From NCBI GenBank assembly GCA_013239625.1, contig MU054541.1, positions 9,405,530-9,469,529 on the forward strand: DNA of 64,000 nucleotides. The letters run 5' to 3'. The notes beneath the pieces are model-generated. The model worked only from the letters and a program-made list of their open reading frames with translations, was not told where the DNA came from and searched no databases. Shown one piece after another: positions 38,766 to 52,700 of this stretch; the stretch's first letter is position 1, and the number at the start of each line of letters is the position of its first letter. The DNA comes from Lama guanicoe (Eukaryota). Made by a program: the position numbers and the translations under genes.

Positions 38766-40419
38766 GCTGGGGAACGTTTGCTCACTGTTCTAATCATAAT
38801 TTCATTAATTTTTCGGTTCGGGATAGTAACTTTATGAAAAACAATGCTGCTTAAGAGAATCTGGATCACAATTTCTCTTTATTCTTCATTTTATCATTTC
38901 AACTGCTTTCCATTTACCCCACACGAGGGCAATCCACTGTGCTAGACGCTGAGGTGCCATATAAATGATTATACGTCACTGAGGCCGAAAGTAAACACTC
39001 TTCATTTTCACAGTTACTCCAAACTGCAACTTGCAGAAGATGCCATTCTAGGTGAGACATCAGAAACAGCTAAAACTGTGACAAAATCACAGCGCCTGGT
39101 AAAGGCTGTGAAAAGCATTTTCCATAAACTTCAAGACTTTAAAAGCCTACACACCTGGGATACCAGATAAACAATGGGGCCTAAAAGGCTCCAGCCGACT
39201 ACATTCTTTTCCCTTGATACAGGGGAGAATTGTTATTTTTATTTTAAAAGATCATGATCTTCGAATTTAAATATCAGGCTTTTTCCTCCTGAATGCCAGA
39301 CGGGGGTGGGGGTGGAAAGGCAGCCTGTGCATAGGAGTTGTCCATTTCAGGTGCTTCTGTTTGTGTTGATAATTAAAAATAACACCTTCCAAAACGTTGC
39401 TCTAACTCGACTAAGGGAAAAAGCACACCTCAATGCACTTTATTATTTGCTGTGAAATGTTATCTCTAATTCTCAGCACACAGTGAAAAGCGAAGCTGCT
39501 CACTGAACGTAATCAGTTCTGTTCTTCCAAGTCCCGTGATCCTCCTCCTCCGGTGGGATCCTCTCTTCCCCCGGGTCTTGGTGTGACTGCAGGGAGCAGC
39601 CACCTAGTGACTAGGGGCACACCCCTGCTTCCTGCCCCTCTGAGCTGTGGACATGTGTCACACGCAGGGGCAACACTGTATCATTCCACCGTAGAAAGAC
39701 GGTTGTCTTCCCCCTCCTCCCCTCCCGACAAGTGATACACCCACTGATGTGAATTAAACACACCCGTAGTGTACAAAGCAAGCGACGGGACAGATAGAAT
39801 TTCAGTGATGAAAATACAGTACAATTGCCACTGATATCCCTAACATCCTTTAAATACAGCACTATGCTTATTTGTAGAAATCATTCACAATAACCACCAA
39901 CAGCAATATTTATTAAGATCCTCTGACTACCAACAGGCAACATATTACCCTGTTTCTTTTTGGGCTCCCATGAATTCCAAACGAAGGACATAAGGCCTTA
40001 GCAGGGGTTTCCAGAGTCCACACTCACTGGCCGTGAACCCTTAGGCAAGTCAATAACCTTGCTGGGCTGCAGCTGCTTCATGCCTACATTGGAAAAGTAA
40101 CAGAAGCCAGGCCAGGTGACCTCTTGAGATCCTTGCTAAGCCTGGGAAATATCGTCACTGTTTCACTGCTGGCCAACCAGTTCAGTTTTCAGGGTATTTT
40201 TCTCCATAACACTTAAAAGCAACCATTTGTAAGTAGACTATTTGGCATCCATATACAATGAATATAATATTTCCTATTTAAGTAACTAGCAATAAAGTTT
40301 CATGGGCCATACAAATGAATAAACAAGGGGGATCAGCACTTTAGCGTTCTGGATTTTGCCAGCACAGGTGAACCAACCAAGGGGTGTGCACATGCAGAGA
40401 GAGCCTCAGGCTTGCATAT

Positions 40420-40990
40420 AAACATAAACTGAGTATCCACTATGTCCCAGGCACTGCTGTGGGCAACTGAATGCCTGTAATACCAGTGAACACACCAAAG
40501 ATAAAGATCCCAGCGTGCCTGGTGGAGCTTACATTTCAGTGAGGAGAGACAGATGAGGAAAAGGCTAATATAATATGTAAGTAATTTATAGAGCATGTCT
40601 GCAGGTGATAAGAGATGGGAAACAAACAAGCAAGCAAGCAAACCAGAAACAGAAAGGAACCCAGTGGAGCAGGGTCAGGGGACTAAGGACTTATGGAAGG
40701 AGGTGGCAATTTAAAATCTAGGGGTTCCAGGTAAGCTTGATTGAGAAGCTGACATTTGGGCAAAGAGTTGGAGGAGTGAACCATGTGGATGGGTATCCAG
40801 GGGAAGAGGGTTCTAGAAAGAAAGCTGCAGCCAGTGTCAACCTCAGGGGCCGGAAAGCAGGGCTGGCGAGATAAGTTACAAGGAGGTCCATCCAGGGAGT
40901 TAGCTGAGGGCAGATTGTGGAGGGCTTCTTAAGCTGTGGCAGGAACTTGGAACTTCTGAGTGAAGTGGGGAGCCACTTCAGGCTCTGAGC
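40420..40990 (-). mobile_element. L2 LINE fragment
   Basis: actgagtatccactatgtcccaggcactg...ggagcttacatttcagtgaggagagacag...gagaagctgacatttgggcaaaga...gagtgaagtggggagccact. Confidence 0.8.
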
Positions 40991-41139
40991 AGGGGGGCCC
41001 TCTGAGTTACAGAGGACTAAGAGAGAGGCAAGTGTAAAGAGAGGCTTTAATTTAAAAGAAACACACTGAGTCAATGTAAAGAACTTAAAGGCTCATGATT
41101 AGGTTTTAAGTTGTTTTGAAGCACTAGTAGGACCCACAC

Positions 41140-41449
41140 TCCCATTTCAGGCACTGATCACGTCTCTTAGGTCTCTGTACAAATATCACCTCCTCCAGAA
41201 GTCCTCCGTGATTGCGTTTATATAAAATCATGGCTCCCCACTCCCTGAATTTCTCTCCTTACCCTGCTGCTTTGTTTGTCTTCATAGTGCTTATTGCTCC
41301 TTGACAATATATCATATGCTTATATAATTATTTCATATTTCCTTTAGTTGAATGTCAACTCTGAGAAGGTAAGAAGTCTGCTCTTTCGGTTATCACTGCA
41401 GCTGAACACCTAGATCACATGGACAATTTGTTGAATGAACGAATGAATG
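41140..41449 (+). mobile_element. L2 LINE 3' end
   Basis: caaatatcacctcctccagaag...cttcatagtgcttatt...gaatgtcaactctgagaagg...tttgttgaatgaacgaatgaat tail. Confidence 0.75.
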
Positions 41450-42907
41450 TCCTAGGAGCCCAGGAGAACCCTTACGTTTCTAATTCAAACAAACAGGCTA
41501 CAAAATTAGGGAATAAATAGTTCAAAATAAGTTCTCAAATTACAGATTATTTTCTATCATTAGTTGATTTAATATCTTTTGAGTGATGATGGTTCAGTAT
41601 AATGTTTACATTGTGTTTTTCATAAAATTGCTAAATCCAAATTATGAAACATACAGAAAATGAGAGAAAAAAGAATTTACAATTTTATGTTACTACCACA
41701 TCATGATTAACAATTAAAACTTTTCTTTGTATGTAGTTTTTAAAGTTTGCTGCACTCTTACATGGCCTCGATGTATCCAGAAATCAAACCATTTTCTCTG
41801 AGTTTAAAACTTTGATCTAAACTTCCTTCTGGATTCTGATCTTACAGGATTCTATATGGAAACCAATAAAAAAGAACAAGCTGTCCAGTATCCTATGTTC
41901 TTTACATTCAACACATCCCATGAAATGAAGAATTCCTGAGCTAGTTTCTACAGATATTGAGAAAATTTCCCCTTTTCAACCTAAGCTCTCATTTCGCCTG
42001 ATTTAAATTTACTGACCAGTTTGGGATTTTAACCTGCTAAGAAAAATATAAAGAATTTTGAGAACTATCAAGAGTAATAAAACCTCATTAATTCTGAGGC
42101 CACCCTGCTGAAACAGTTACAAATCTCCATCCTACCGTTTATACTTTTTCTGAATGAGCGAGGTATTATCCAACAAAATTATTAAGAGTTGGAAGAGAAA
42201 ATGTTGCCAATTAAAGATAAACTCCTTTCCACCAGGTTAGCAACACCGTACCCAAAACAGTATAGCTGCAGCATGAACAGGGGCCGGCCCCGTGAACCGG
42301 CTGACGTAACAACTGCAAATCAATGGGCAGCTGTCAGGGACCATGCATCTCTGGTGGAAACTGTTTTGCTGCCAAAGGACCAGAGTCATGTGCGCTAACC
42401 CAAAAGGCGGTCCAAGATGAGGCATGACGGCCCAGCAATGTGGAAGGACTGCTGAAAATCTATGAAATTCATCTTTGAGACAAACTACTTGGAAAACCAT
42501 TAAATGCTCTTTGCCACGTGCTGTTCACTCAGGTTGCAGCAATCAAATTTTGTTTTACTCAGTAGGATCCCAGACACAGCAACTTGAATGATGCTGTAGG
42601 AAGGGAAGAACGAATGACAAGAAAATGGCCCATTTAGAGGTTAAAAGGAGGCAGGGAGGGGGTATGAGAAGGAAATTAAATCGGGTATCAAGGGGCTTAG
42701 TAAGACCACCGTGAGGCGGGTTGAAGAGCCTTGCACCTCAGATAAAAGAGGACAGTGATGTCCCTTCCTAACTCGTGGGCCTGCTGAACCAGGGTCAGGC
42801 ACGTAAAGGGTTTCAAAAAATATAAAGGAAGATGATGCGATTACTTCTACTAACGGTTTGTTAGCAATTTCTCGTGAATGTATGGAACGATGGCCGCTAC
42901 CTTCACG

Positions 42908-43294
42908 TGTTATGGACTGGACTGTGTCACCCCCTCGCCTGAATTTCTATCCGAAGCCCAAACCCCTAGTCTGACTGTACTTGGAGAGAGGGCCTTTAAG
43001 GAAGAACTGAGGTTAAATGAGGTCATGAGGGTGGGCCCTGATCCAGTGGGACTGATTTTCTTATGAAAAGAGGAAGAGACACCAGGAGTGTGCGGGCCCA
43101 GAGGAGAGGCCGTGTGAGGACACAGCCAGAAGGCAGCCGCCTGCAAGCCAAGGAGGAGGCCTCACCAGAAACCAACCCTGCTGGCACCTTGACTCTGGAC
43201 TTCCAGCCTCCAAAACGGTGAGGAAATGCATTTCTGTTGCTTAAGTCACCCAGCCTGCAGTATTTTGTTATAGCAGCCCAGGTAAACTAATACA
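42908..43294 (+). mobile_element. MLT1A/B-like MaLR solo LTR
   Basis: TGttatggactg...ggcctttaaggaag...gaggttaaatgaggtcatgagggtgggccctgatccagt...ctgcaagccaaggaggaggcctcaccagaaacc...ggacttccagcctcc...ttgttatagcagccc...actaataCA. Confidence 0.92.
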
Positions 43295-43465
43295 AATGTT
43301 ATCTCATATAATCCTCATTATAACAACATCATCCACACTTTCAGATAAAGAAATAGAAGCACAGAGAAGTTAAGCAACTTGACAAAAGTTGCACAGCTAT
43401 TCAGTAGTGGAACTGGAATTGAATCCAAGCGATCTGATTCCAGGGCCCAGGTTCCTAACTGCTGA
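43295..43465 (-). mobile_element. MIR SINE, adjacent to (apparently interrupted by) the MLT1 LTR
   Basis: cagataaagaaatagaagcacagagaagttaagcaacttgacaaaagttgcacagcta...ggaattgaatccaag...tctgattccagggccc. Confidence 0.8.
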
Positions 43466-45017
43466 TGGAATGTGACATAAGGTAATGTCATTAACACCCA
43501 CAGTGGTACAAAATGGATGCTTTTATCAGAAAAGCCCACAGCAGATACCAACTTCTACATCTACCATGTGCAATGGATTTCTAATTTTAGTCCCCCTCTG
43601 CTCCTCCTCCCATCATCCAAACAGTAAGTATCTATGGGAGCTGATCTATCTCAAGTAATCTGAGGCTTGGGGGATCTGCAAATAAGCCAATGAGGTCCGT
43701 GTTCTCCTGGGGTTTCTGCGCTGGTGAGGAAAGCCAGCCGACAACTGAACAGTACAAGGCACACTGATAAGCGCAAAGACAAAAATAAAACCAGAAGTTG
43801 TGGTGACAGCTCAGGGCTAGACTGGTCCCCTCCTCCACAGCCAGCTACTGGGTGCAAGCTATGGAACAACCACGAACAGGACACGGCTCTGAATCCTGGG
43901 GGAACTCCTAGTGCCCGCGTGGTGCTGGCAGGCCCCAGACTCAGTACCCCAGCCACCATGTTCCTTCCTCTGTAAAATGAGGCCTTGCTCTAACACTCTA
44001 GTACTGCTTTGATTAAGTCAGGAAGTACCTTAGGCAATACTGACCCAACCTAGTTATTAGGTGTAATGGAAATAATAAATACTGTAATGAAATGTATTCT
44101 CTAGGGTATTCCTGAAGTTTTACAGTGAGAGGTACAAAGGCGGCAGGAAGAAAGGAGGGAGAGGAAGGGGTCATTTAACTGCATCTGCACAGACTTTAGC
44201 TGTGACAGTAATGTTCATTTCAGCCATCACTGGGCGCTGATCACGTAATAGCACAGTGGTGGTCAGACATGCCCCTTCTCTACCAGGGAGGGCACATGAA
44301 TAACAGAGTTTGGGCTGCAAAACGGAAACTTAAGGTCAATAACAAGGGAGGGTCAGGGGGCTGTACAGAAATTAAGACATTGGATAAAAGTGACAAAATT
44401 ATGGATTCTTTTCCCCTGGAGAGCTTAATTAACGAAAGATGGTGGATCTTGGTTTGGCCTTACCCAGAAACAGAAAGACAAACAGTGACTCGCCAAGGGA
44501 TGCCTTGGCACCAGGGGGCTCTGAGAGTTAACCTCACACCCCGCCTCCCGCACCCCCTGCCCCTGGGGCAAGAGCAGCACCACTTCCTACCTGCAGCATT
44601 TCAGGGTGGCCGTGTGTGCGAAGAAAGAACACTCCCAAAGTGCCACCAGGAAGCCCCGTGATGGGAAAGAATGAGGCAAACTGCACTAGAGGAATAAGGA
44701 CCAACTCACTGACGACAGGGAATCACGGAGAAGCAATCAAGTTTGAAACACCACTCGCCTTTCTGTGCTACAACACAGACTAGGCACAGGGAAGACCCAC
44801 ACGAACGCGGTCAACTGACTGCGCTGTCGGACTTACAGGGTCACTCTGATGATCAGGGTGGACCTTTAGAGTAGAGTATGTGATTTAATAATCTGGCCCA
44901 ACAAATAACACAGGCCTCAAACAATAAGACCTGAAACTGACAGTTACTAGTGGTAAGTGTAACAAGATTGGAATCAACAGTTCATCATTTCTTTTAAAGC
45001 CTTAAGTGAAGAGTGGT

Positions 45018-45062
45018 GAGGGAAGGGGGGAGGGGGAGGGGAAGGGGAGGAAGGGAGAGGAA
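45018..45062 (+). repeat. 45-bp pure purine (G/A) tract with multiple G-runs
   Basis: gagggaaggggggagggggaggggaaggggaggaagggagaggaa seen directly. Confidence 0.9.
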
Positions 45063-45579
45063 TACTTACTATACTGTATAAACCACTGCATACATTTGTA
45101 TTTAAAGGCCAGAATTCAGTTAGCAACAGACATAGAATAAGTTCACTGGCAAACGCTTGTGGACACATTCACAGAGCGTCCGAATCACTGTAACTACTAG
45201 CATTTGGAGTATCTTACGTGTACACTTATAGTTTATGCTTTTCTCCACTCTGATTTCTTCTGTTATGGGGAGATGAGCTGCCAAAAAAAAATCTGTTAGG
45301 GAAATTTCAGATGCTTGTGGATGCTTAACGTCTGTCTTGGGAACCCCTGGTGCCTGAAAGAGCCTGAGCAATTATATTCGCCCCAGCCATGTGTGCTCAG
45401 ACACCAAGGCGCTCACCACCAGCACCGACACCACTCCTGGAGCCACGTCATTCCCCGTAGCATCCTGTGGTTTGACTTCAACACCGAGAAAGCGGGAGCC
45501 CTAGTCCCTGCTGTAACACCGATAGTTTCAGCACTGTCTGCTGCTTCCTCAGATCTCTCTGCGAGTGTCTGGAGTTTTA

Positions 45580-45843
<264 letters not shown>

Positions 45844-45904
45844 TTAAGAAGTACTGAAATGCAACGTATGGAAAAACTTCTGTAAATTATACTTTACTAA
45901 TGGA

Positions 45905-46130
45905 AGCTAATGATAGCAGTTAACATTTCTGATACAATCATCAGCATTTTAATCCGATTATTTTATTTAATCTTCAAAACAATCAAATTACTCAGGAGAT
46001 AGGCATTTTTATTTCACTTTATTTAAATGCAGCAGGTGACGGAGGAAACTGTAGCAGAGGGAACTCAACAAACTCCTGGAGGCACACTGAGAAGCGGGTC
46101 TAGAATTCAAAGCCAGAGACGCTACTCTTG
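45905..46130 (-). mobile_element. MIR SINE
   Basis: ttatttaatcttcaaaacaatc...gaggaaactgtagcagaggg...agaattcaaagccag. Confidence 0.55.
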
Positions 46131-46952
46131 ATCTTGGCGACATACCTATCTTCCTGGGTATGGCCTTTCCTCATAGGTAGGACTTCTTTTTTAATTACCT
46201 AATTCATCTAGATCACATCTCACTGAGGATTCTGTTGCTTCTTGACTATTAAACAAATGACGTGAAAGTATCTCCTAAAAAGTTCCCTGGATTGGTACCC
46301 GGGTCTCCAAGAAGAGCCTGGGGGGCAGTGGGAGACCTCTGTGGGACAGCCACCCACTGCTCTCCTCTCTTAGGCTCCAAGCAAGGAAATGAACTGCTTG
46401 GTTCCCAGATGCACCTCCACCGTGACCCAGCCACTCACCAGAGCCGATCGCTCAGGCAGGTGGGGGATGAAGGAGGAAGAGGGAGCGTTTCCTCTCAGAT
46501 CAGTGGGCGTGACGGAGGGCAAGTCAAGTGGAAACAGAGCCCTGGAGTGGGGACGTGAGGGGCTGCACCAAAGGGCAGGACCGTGGCTCAGGGTAGGGCA
46601 GGGGAAATCAGCAGAGCCTGCAGAAGAAGGCTGTTCTGGCAGCTGACATTTCAGTAAACACCGAGCGGAGGAGGTGAGAGGTGACTGCGGTTGCTTTTGC
46701 AGCTTGAGCCTCTTCACATCCTTTGGATACACAGTTATTCAGGGAGAACAAAAAAGGTCCAGTTATAAAATAAGGAAACTAAGTCATGCAGACAAGTTTA
46801 GATACAGATTAACATACACTTCTCATTAGAATTTAGTGCAAATAATATGAGTAAGAACTAGAAAGAAAGCAAAGAAATGAAAGTCATGATTGTAACTCTG
46901 TTACCCGCTTGCTGTGTAACCTTCATCAAGTCACCTGGCTAGCCTGGGAAAA

Positions 46953-47070
46953 CAGTGGTGCCTCAGCCCCAGCCACTCTGATTTAATAGGTCCAGGTTGG
47001 ACCTGACGTCTATATGGTAATAAAAAGCTCTCTGGGTTATTCTCAGGCATTTCAAGGCTGAAAACCACTG
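46953..47070. mobile_element. MER5-family MITE fragment
   Basis: ctctgatttaataggtccagg...taaaaagctctctgggttattct...ggctgaaaaccactg terminus. Confidence 0.6.
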
Positions 47071-47769
47071 ACTCCGTAACTTGGAACTCACTGTTTTAAA
47101 AATGCATCCTAACTCCCTCCTTTAGATTACAGCGAACTAAGTGGCATGAGAAGGAAAAATTAATGTTAGGTTAGGTTGTCCTAGCAGGTAGCTTACTGAG
47201 AATGTATTAATAATAAGATAGATATTTATAAATATATACACACAGAAGTGAGGGCAGGAAGGCTGGAAGGAAGGACAAGGGTTAGAGGTGGGTGTGAACC
47301 AGGGGAGCTCTGCGCATTTGGGGAGATAAAGGAGTTGTATGCTCAGAACCAAAGGACACGATAGGGTGGGAAGAGGGCAGAAGGGTGTTCTTGTGCAGGA
47401 GACGGATGCCTGGGGAAGGGAAAGGGAAGTGTGTGCAATTAGGTTAGAAAGTTCTGCTTGATTTTTTTTAAAAAGATTTGCTGGGCAGCAAAGTGGGAAA
47501 GACTGAACAGACAAGGTGAAGAAAGGTGCTTTGCCATCCTGCATTGAACCACGTAAATGAATCGATTTCTCTTCAAAGAAATGAGACGTCCCAGGGGCTT
47601 TTCAAAACTACGGACTAAGTGTAAGGACCGGACCCACAGCACGAAGGGAAGGGTCTGCAGCGAGGCGGGTGGAGCCCTGGGCGTGGAGGTCCAAGATCTC
47701 AAGCATCAGCAGAACATGGACATCTTTCAGGACGACCCCTCAGCCATCTGGACCTCAGCTGTCTCTGCG

Positions 47770-48700
47770 TACGCATTCAACAACTGAGGACCACCTGCCT
47801 GCAGTGAAAGGCACCACGCCAGGGGCTGGACATGACAGTGACCAAAGGGACAGTCCTTGCTCTCACAGAAATTATAGACTAATGTGTGATTTAGTCATCA
47901 AATTATAATATTACCTAATGTATGATTGCAAACTGAGATTGCAAATTGAGTCTTCTTAAAAGAAGACATGGTTCCATCAGAGCATGTGATAACCTCCTCC
48001 ACTGGGGGGTTAGAAAAGGCTTTTCTGAGGCAGAGACCCCAGGCTGAGTTTAAAGACCAATATACTTTATGTCAGCCCAGAGTGGTCAGGTAGGGGCTGA
48101 GGAAACACTCCAGACATAGCACGCTGGGTAACTGCTCCCGATGGAGGAATCACGGTGCCCTGGACAAACACAAAGCAAGCAGGTGTGACTGTACCATCAG
48201 CATCAGGTCCAGAATGATGGCTGGAGATGCGGCCAGAGAGGCAGAGGTGCTGGGCTATGCAGGGCCTTACTGATCAGGTTATTGTGAAGGAAATGGGAAG
48301 AAATGATCAAATTTGAGTATTTGAAAAATCAACGTCCACTTTGGCGTGGAGGACGGATCGGAGGGAAGCCAGTGACTAGGTGGCTTCAAAAGGCGAGGCA
48401 GAAGATAACAGGAGCTACACTAAGATGCTGAAGACAGAGGTGGAGACAAAGGATGCACTCAAGACATGTGAAGCTGGCGGTGTTGCCACCACTTGAAGTT
48501 AAAGTCTAAGTGTAGGATGTGCAGGAAAGAGAGGGGTCAAGGACGACTTCTTAATTCACGACTTGAATAGCTGAATGGACAGTGGTGGTGATTACTACGG
48601 TAGGGTAATCAGATGAAAATCAGGCGTGGAGGGAGGATGCTGCACTCAATGTTAGCCACATCCGAGAGGAGATACCAAGTGTGTGCTGGGAAATGCGACG
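47770..48700 (-). mobile_element. L2 LINE fragment
   Basis: cattcaacaactgaggaccacctg...ccttgctctcacagaaattatagactaat...gaaaaggcttttctgagg...gaggggtcaaggacgacttc. Confidence 0.7.
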
Positions 48701-49114
48701 GAAAGCTTCATGAATCAGGGATGGGAAGTTCAATGAGACTGTCCTGTACGGCATGGACCTTGCTAGACCCTTTCATGCACTAGTGCTTCTCAAATTTTTC
48801 CATGGAAACACTCCTAATAGCAAAGGAGTAATGCCAGGGGCTCCAAGGGGATGACTGAAGTTGCCTGTCTCAAGCATGCCATTTTTTAAAAATGCATTTA
48901 GTTTTTCCTTAAAGATAAAGGTGGACTTCATATAATAAATCTGCTCTTATTTAACTAAAGTACCCCCAACCTTACACACACACCAATTTCCAACTTTAAT
49001 TGACACTCTGGGAAGAGATGGCTTATTCATTCTTGGACTTGGTCCATTTCCTACTGCAGAAGTAGATGTGCCCAGAGAGGATACACAGATCATTCTGGGC
49101 AAGGCAAGATGTCA

Positions 49115-49250
49115 TGTCATTTAACCTAATCTTCACCACAATCCTGTGAAATGTTATTCCCATTTTACAGATGCGGTACCTGAGGCCCAGCAAAACAAAC
49201 TGGCTCACAGTCACAGAGCAATACATAGAAGAGCAGAAACAGATTTTGAA
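49115..49250 (-). mobile_element. MIR SINE fragment
   Basis: taatcttcaccacaatcctgtgaaatgttattcccattttacagatgcggtacctgaggcccag. Confidence 0.75.
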
Positions 49251-50194
49251 GCCTGTTTTCCCCTCTATACCACATTTTTGAGGAGATCATTGTAATGTAT
49301 ATAGGCTCTAAATATGATCTAATGTATAAAGCTTTAAAAATGAAAGGCAATTTTATTACTAGTTTATTTGGAGCTGAAAGTCACGGTAAAATGACATAAC
49401 CACACTTTGTATCCAGGAATGACCTCTTTCCAGGCACTCTTGACTTACTATCTCTATTAACAATGTAAGCAGGATGCCTTTCTGCTAATCTTACTTTCAG
49501 CAGTTCTTCCAAAGTTAGAGCTAGTTTAACTGGGGCCAAAGACACAAGCCCACCACCACTCCTGGAAGTGAAATAAAACAGGCCCTCCAGCGCAGAAGGA
49601 CTGATCATCTGAGCCATAAACCCCGGGGGGAGGTGGGGGAGAGGATTCAATGTGGGGGAGGAAGGAAAATATAACCGTTTCTTTGTCACCAACCAAGGCT
49701 AGGTCCGATTCTCCCTCTCCAACAACTCTGAATTTGGGTAGAACAGAGACCAAAAAATGGGGAGAAGAGATTATGAAAAGTTACAGAAGTCAGAAGGAGA
49801 GGGGCAATGCATCAGGGAAGAGAAGCTGTAATGCATACTGCACCTGTCCAAGGGTAACAGGGATGAATCAGGTAAGGGAGCGCCGAGGCGTGACAGGGAG
49901 CTGATTAACCGGGCAGTGTTGGGCTCTGGGGGATGGGAAATGGAAGTTAACAGAACAAAACTATTCATCTCAAAACAAACAAACAAGCAAAAAAAAAACC
50001 CCAACAAAACCCTGAAAAATTGCCTCATTAGACTGGTGGCAGAAAGCATATGAATAGGTAACATTTTCATACAAAAGAAAAATAAAGTCATTAAGGACTT
50101 CCTTTCAAACAAGAAAATCTATTATATAAAGATCACTCACTCTAATGTTATTCAGTCACTAAAGCCCAAGGCAGTTTAAAAGCCGAGTGACCAC

Positions 50195-50362
50195 ACGTAG
50201 GAATGTTCTGGTATAAATTTTTTGGTTATAAAACTGGATCGTGGTGATGGCTGCACAACTCTCCAATTTTACTAAAATCATTGAGTGGTATTCTTACGAG
50301 TTGATTTTACATTATGTAAGTTTTAGCTCAATCAAGCCATTAAGAAACGAAAAAAAAAAAAA
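50195..50362 (+). mobile_element. L1M (MB/MC-like) extreme 3' end with poly(A)
   Basis: aaaactggatcgtggtgatggctgcacaactct...tactaaaatcattgagtggta...gattttacattatgtaagttttagctcaatcaagc followed by an A run. Confidence 0.7.
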
Positions 50363-51120
50363 GTGACCACAAAGGAAAATTCTCAACAAGGGCAAAAACA
50401 TCAATTCAAAACAAAAGCAGTAAATCTGAGCAGATGATTAAATGAATGAATTTTAAGGCTACAGGAGGCAAGGGGACAACGTTAAAATACAAGGATTAGA
50501 AATATAACATACAAAGGCAAATTTCTAAAAACAACAATTTCTTTTTTTAATCTCTAACACAGTGGAACCAACATAGAAAAAGCAGGGAGCCGATTCCCCT
50601 CAAAAATGAAAACACAGCTCAGATGGTGACAACGCAACTCCTTGGGTCTTTAGAAAAGGACCAAATTTCCAGGCTGCAGTAAATGCAAGACACTGCAGTA
50701 GGCTTTTGAGATGGTCCTGTTGCAACTGAAACATCAAAACGAGATCACACAGACCAGCAAATGTGTAAAGGCTACTGCAGGGACATCCAGTCTGAAATGC
50801 TACGCCACATGCGAAACAGCCTGAAGAGGAAAAGGGAAAAACATGGCTGACTTGCTTTTACAGGCCAACAAAGAATTAGCTGAGTAAGTCCAAACACATT
50901 TTTAAAAGCTTCACCTAGTCCTCTTTCTTGTCTGAAATGAGTGAGAGACTTGGCAATTATTTTATCAAAAATGGCCTAAAATGACCCCCAAAAGCCACAT
51001 TCCTCAAAGGTTGGCCTCTCCAAGGAAGGCTCTCCAAGTTTGTCATTAAATAAAATATTAGTATAAAAACCATGTAGAAAACCTTGAAAGGCATAGCTTT
51101 TCTTCTAGTTTATCGCCACC

Positions 51121-51672
51121 TACTACTGATCATGCCTTTTTATTTTCTGTAGCTCTGATCTGTTGACATCTTGCTGATCCTGGAGAGACTGCCCCTCCCA
51201 AGTTAACCAGCTCCTACAGATAGTAAATGACGCGCCTGTGGGGCTGCCTTTCATATGCAAACCAAGCAGTCCAAGGGCCCTACCCTCAACTACCTCCAGC
51301 ATGGAGTTTTTACACTACAGGCCACAGTTGCCCGCCCTAGTCACCCCAGGGACAGGTACCAGACAACCAGAGACAGTTCTTATGCCCTAGGGCCCACTAA
51401 AATGATTCAAACTAGCCAGGTAAGCCTGCTTACCCTGTCCTGCCCATTTCTCCCAGTGGAAACCACAATAAAGGCTCTGCCCCACATTTTCCTCCCATTC
51501 TTTCTGCCTCCTGACTGACCCTGGTGCTTCCACATATGGCCCTCCGTGGCCTGCTGTGACCTCTTCTCTTGGGATCTGTAACTGTGACAAAGTCTCTCAA
51601 ACAATGGCGGTTGTCTCTTGATTTGCTGGCCTCACCACACCTGAATAGTAACAAAACCTGAATCTTAAAACA
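51121..51672 (+). mobile_element. MER74/MER73-like ERVL solo LTR
   Basis: cttgctgatcctggagagactgcccctccc...cctttcatatgcaaacc...caggtaccagacaaccagagacag...ggaaaccacAATAAAggctct...ttgctggcctcaccacacctgaata...aaaaCA. Confidence 0.75.
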
Positions 51673-52149
51673 CATGCCCTGCACTGGTTTATAAACAAAG
51701 GTAAACACTAGTGGGGGTTCCCACAGCTTTATGCTCCATTCTGTTGCTCTGAAGTCTGTTTACATGTGACCAGGTGCTTTGGTAAGGAGAAGCCTGGTGA
51801 AGGACTGATTCTCAACAGTAAATTCCACCAAAGCTGGGAGACCAACTCTGGTAAGAGAGTGACAGCGGCTCTAATCGCTTTTGTAAACTCTTCTTCTGAG
51901 ACACCATTGCCATCGATGCCGTATTTGCTAAAAGCCAGTGTTCCATCATCTCCCCCTAATTATTTTTTCAGTCTCCCTATCCACCTAGGTTTGGGCTAAG
52001 CCAAAAAAGTCCTATGCTTCTTTGACATCTTTGATAAACTTAAAACAGGCATCTTGGATGGGTTTGTTCTGCTTAGTGAATGCCTGGGTTGGATGAACTT
52101 GTTAAAAATAACTAGGACAATCCTTTTATTTTTTTGTAAATGCACACAC

Positions 52150-52700
52150 ACACATACACACACTTTAATTTTTTTTATTTATCAAATACATGAAAACACT
52201 TTCACTGTAAATAATTCAAGAAATAGAAAAACTCCTTTTTCACTGTCCCTCCTTCCATAGACCAAACTCATCAAATCTACTGCCCTTCTCTGATATTTTT
52301 ATTTTCTCTATCTTTTCTTTCCTCCCTCCCTCTCCCCGCCTCTTTCCCACACACTCCTACACTACGTATAAATACAGATTTTATGACCACAAATGGGATC
52401 ATTCTGTTTGTACTGTTCTGCAACTCTTTTCCCGTCTCATTCATCCATGTTTTAGGGATCTCCCATCAGTACCTACAGCAACATCTCAGTAGCTTCAAGT
52501 ACCGTATACCATGACATGGGATGTAAGTGCCATAACTTATTTTGTCATTGGCAATTGAAGGAAATTTAAGCCGCTTCACATTTTTGGCCTGAAACTTTTG
52601 CTCCCGTGAATATACCTGCTCAGATACCCATGTGAACAAGTACAAGAATTTTTCTAGAATCTATCACTAGACTTACAGTTGCTGGGCTCCCAGTATTGCA
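52150..52700 (-). mobile_element. Old L1ME-type fragment
   Basis: aaatgggatcattctgtttgtactgttctgcaact...ccataacttattt...tttttctagaatctat...agttgctggg. Confidence 0.55.
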
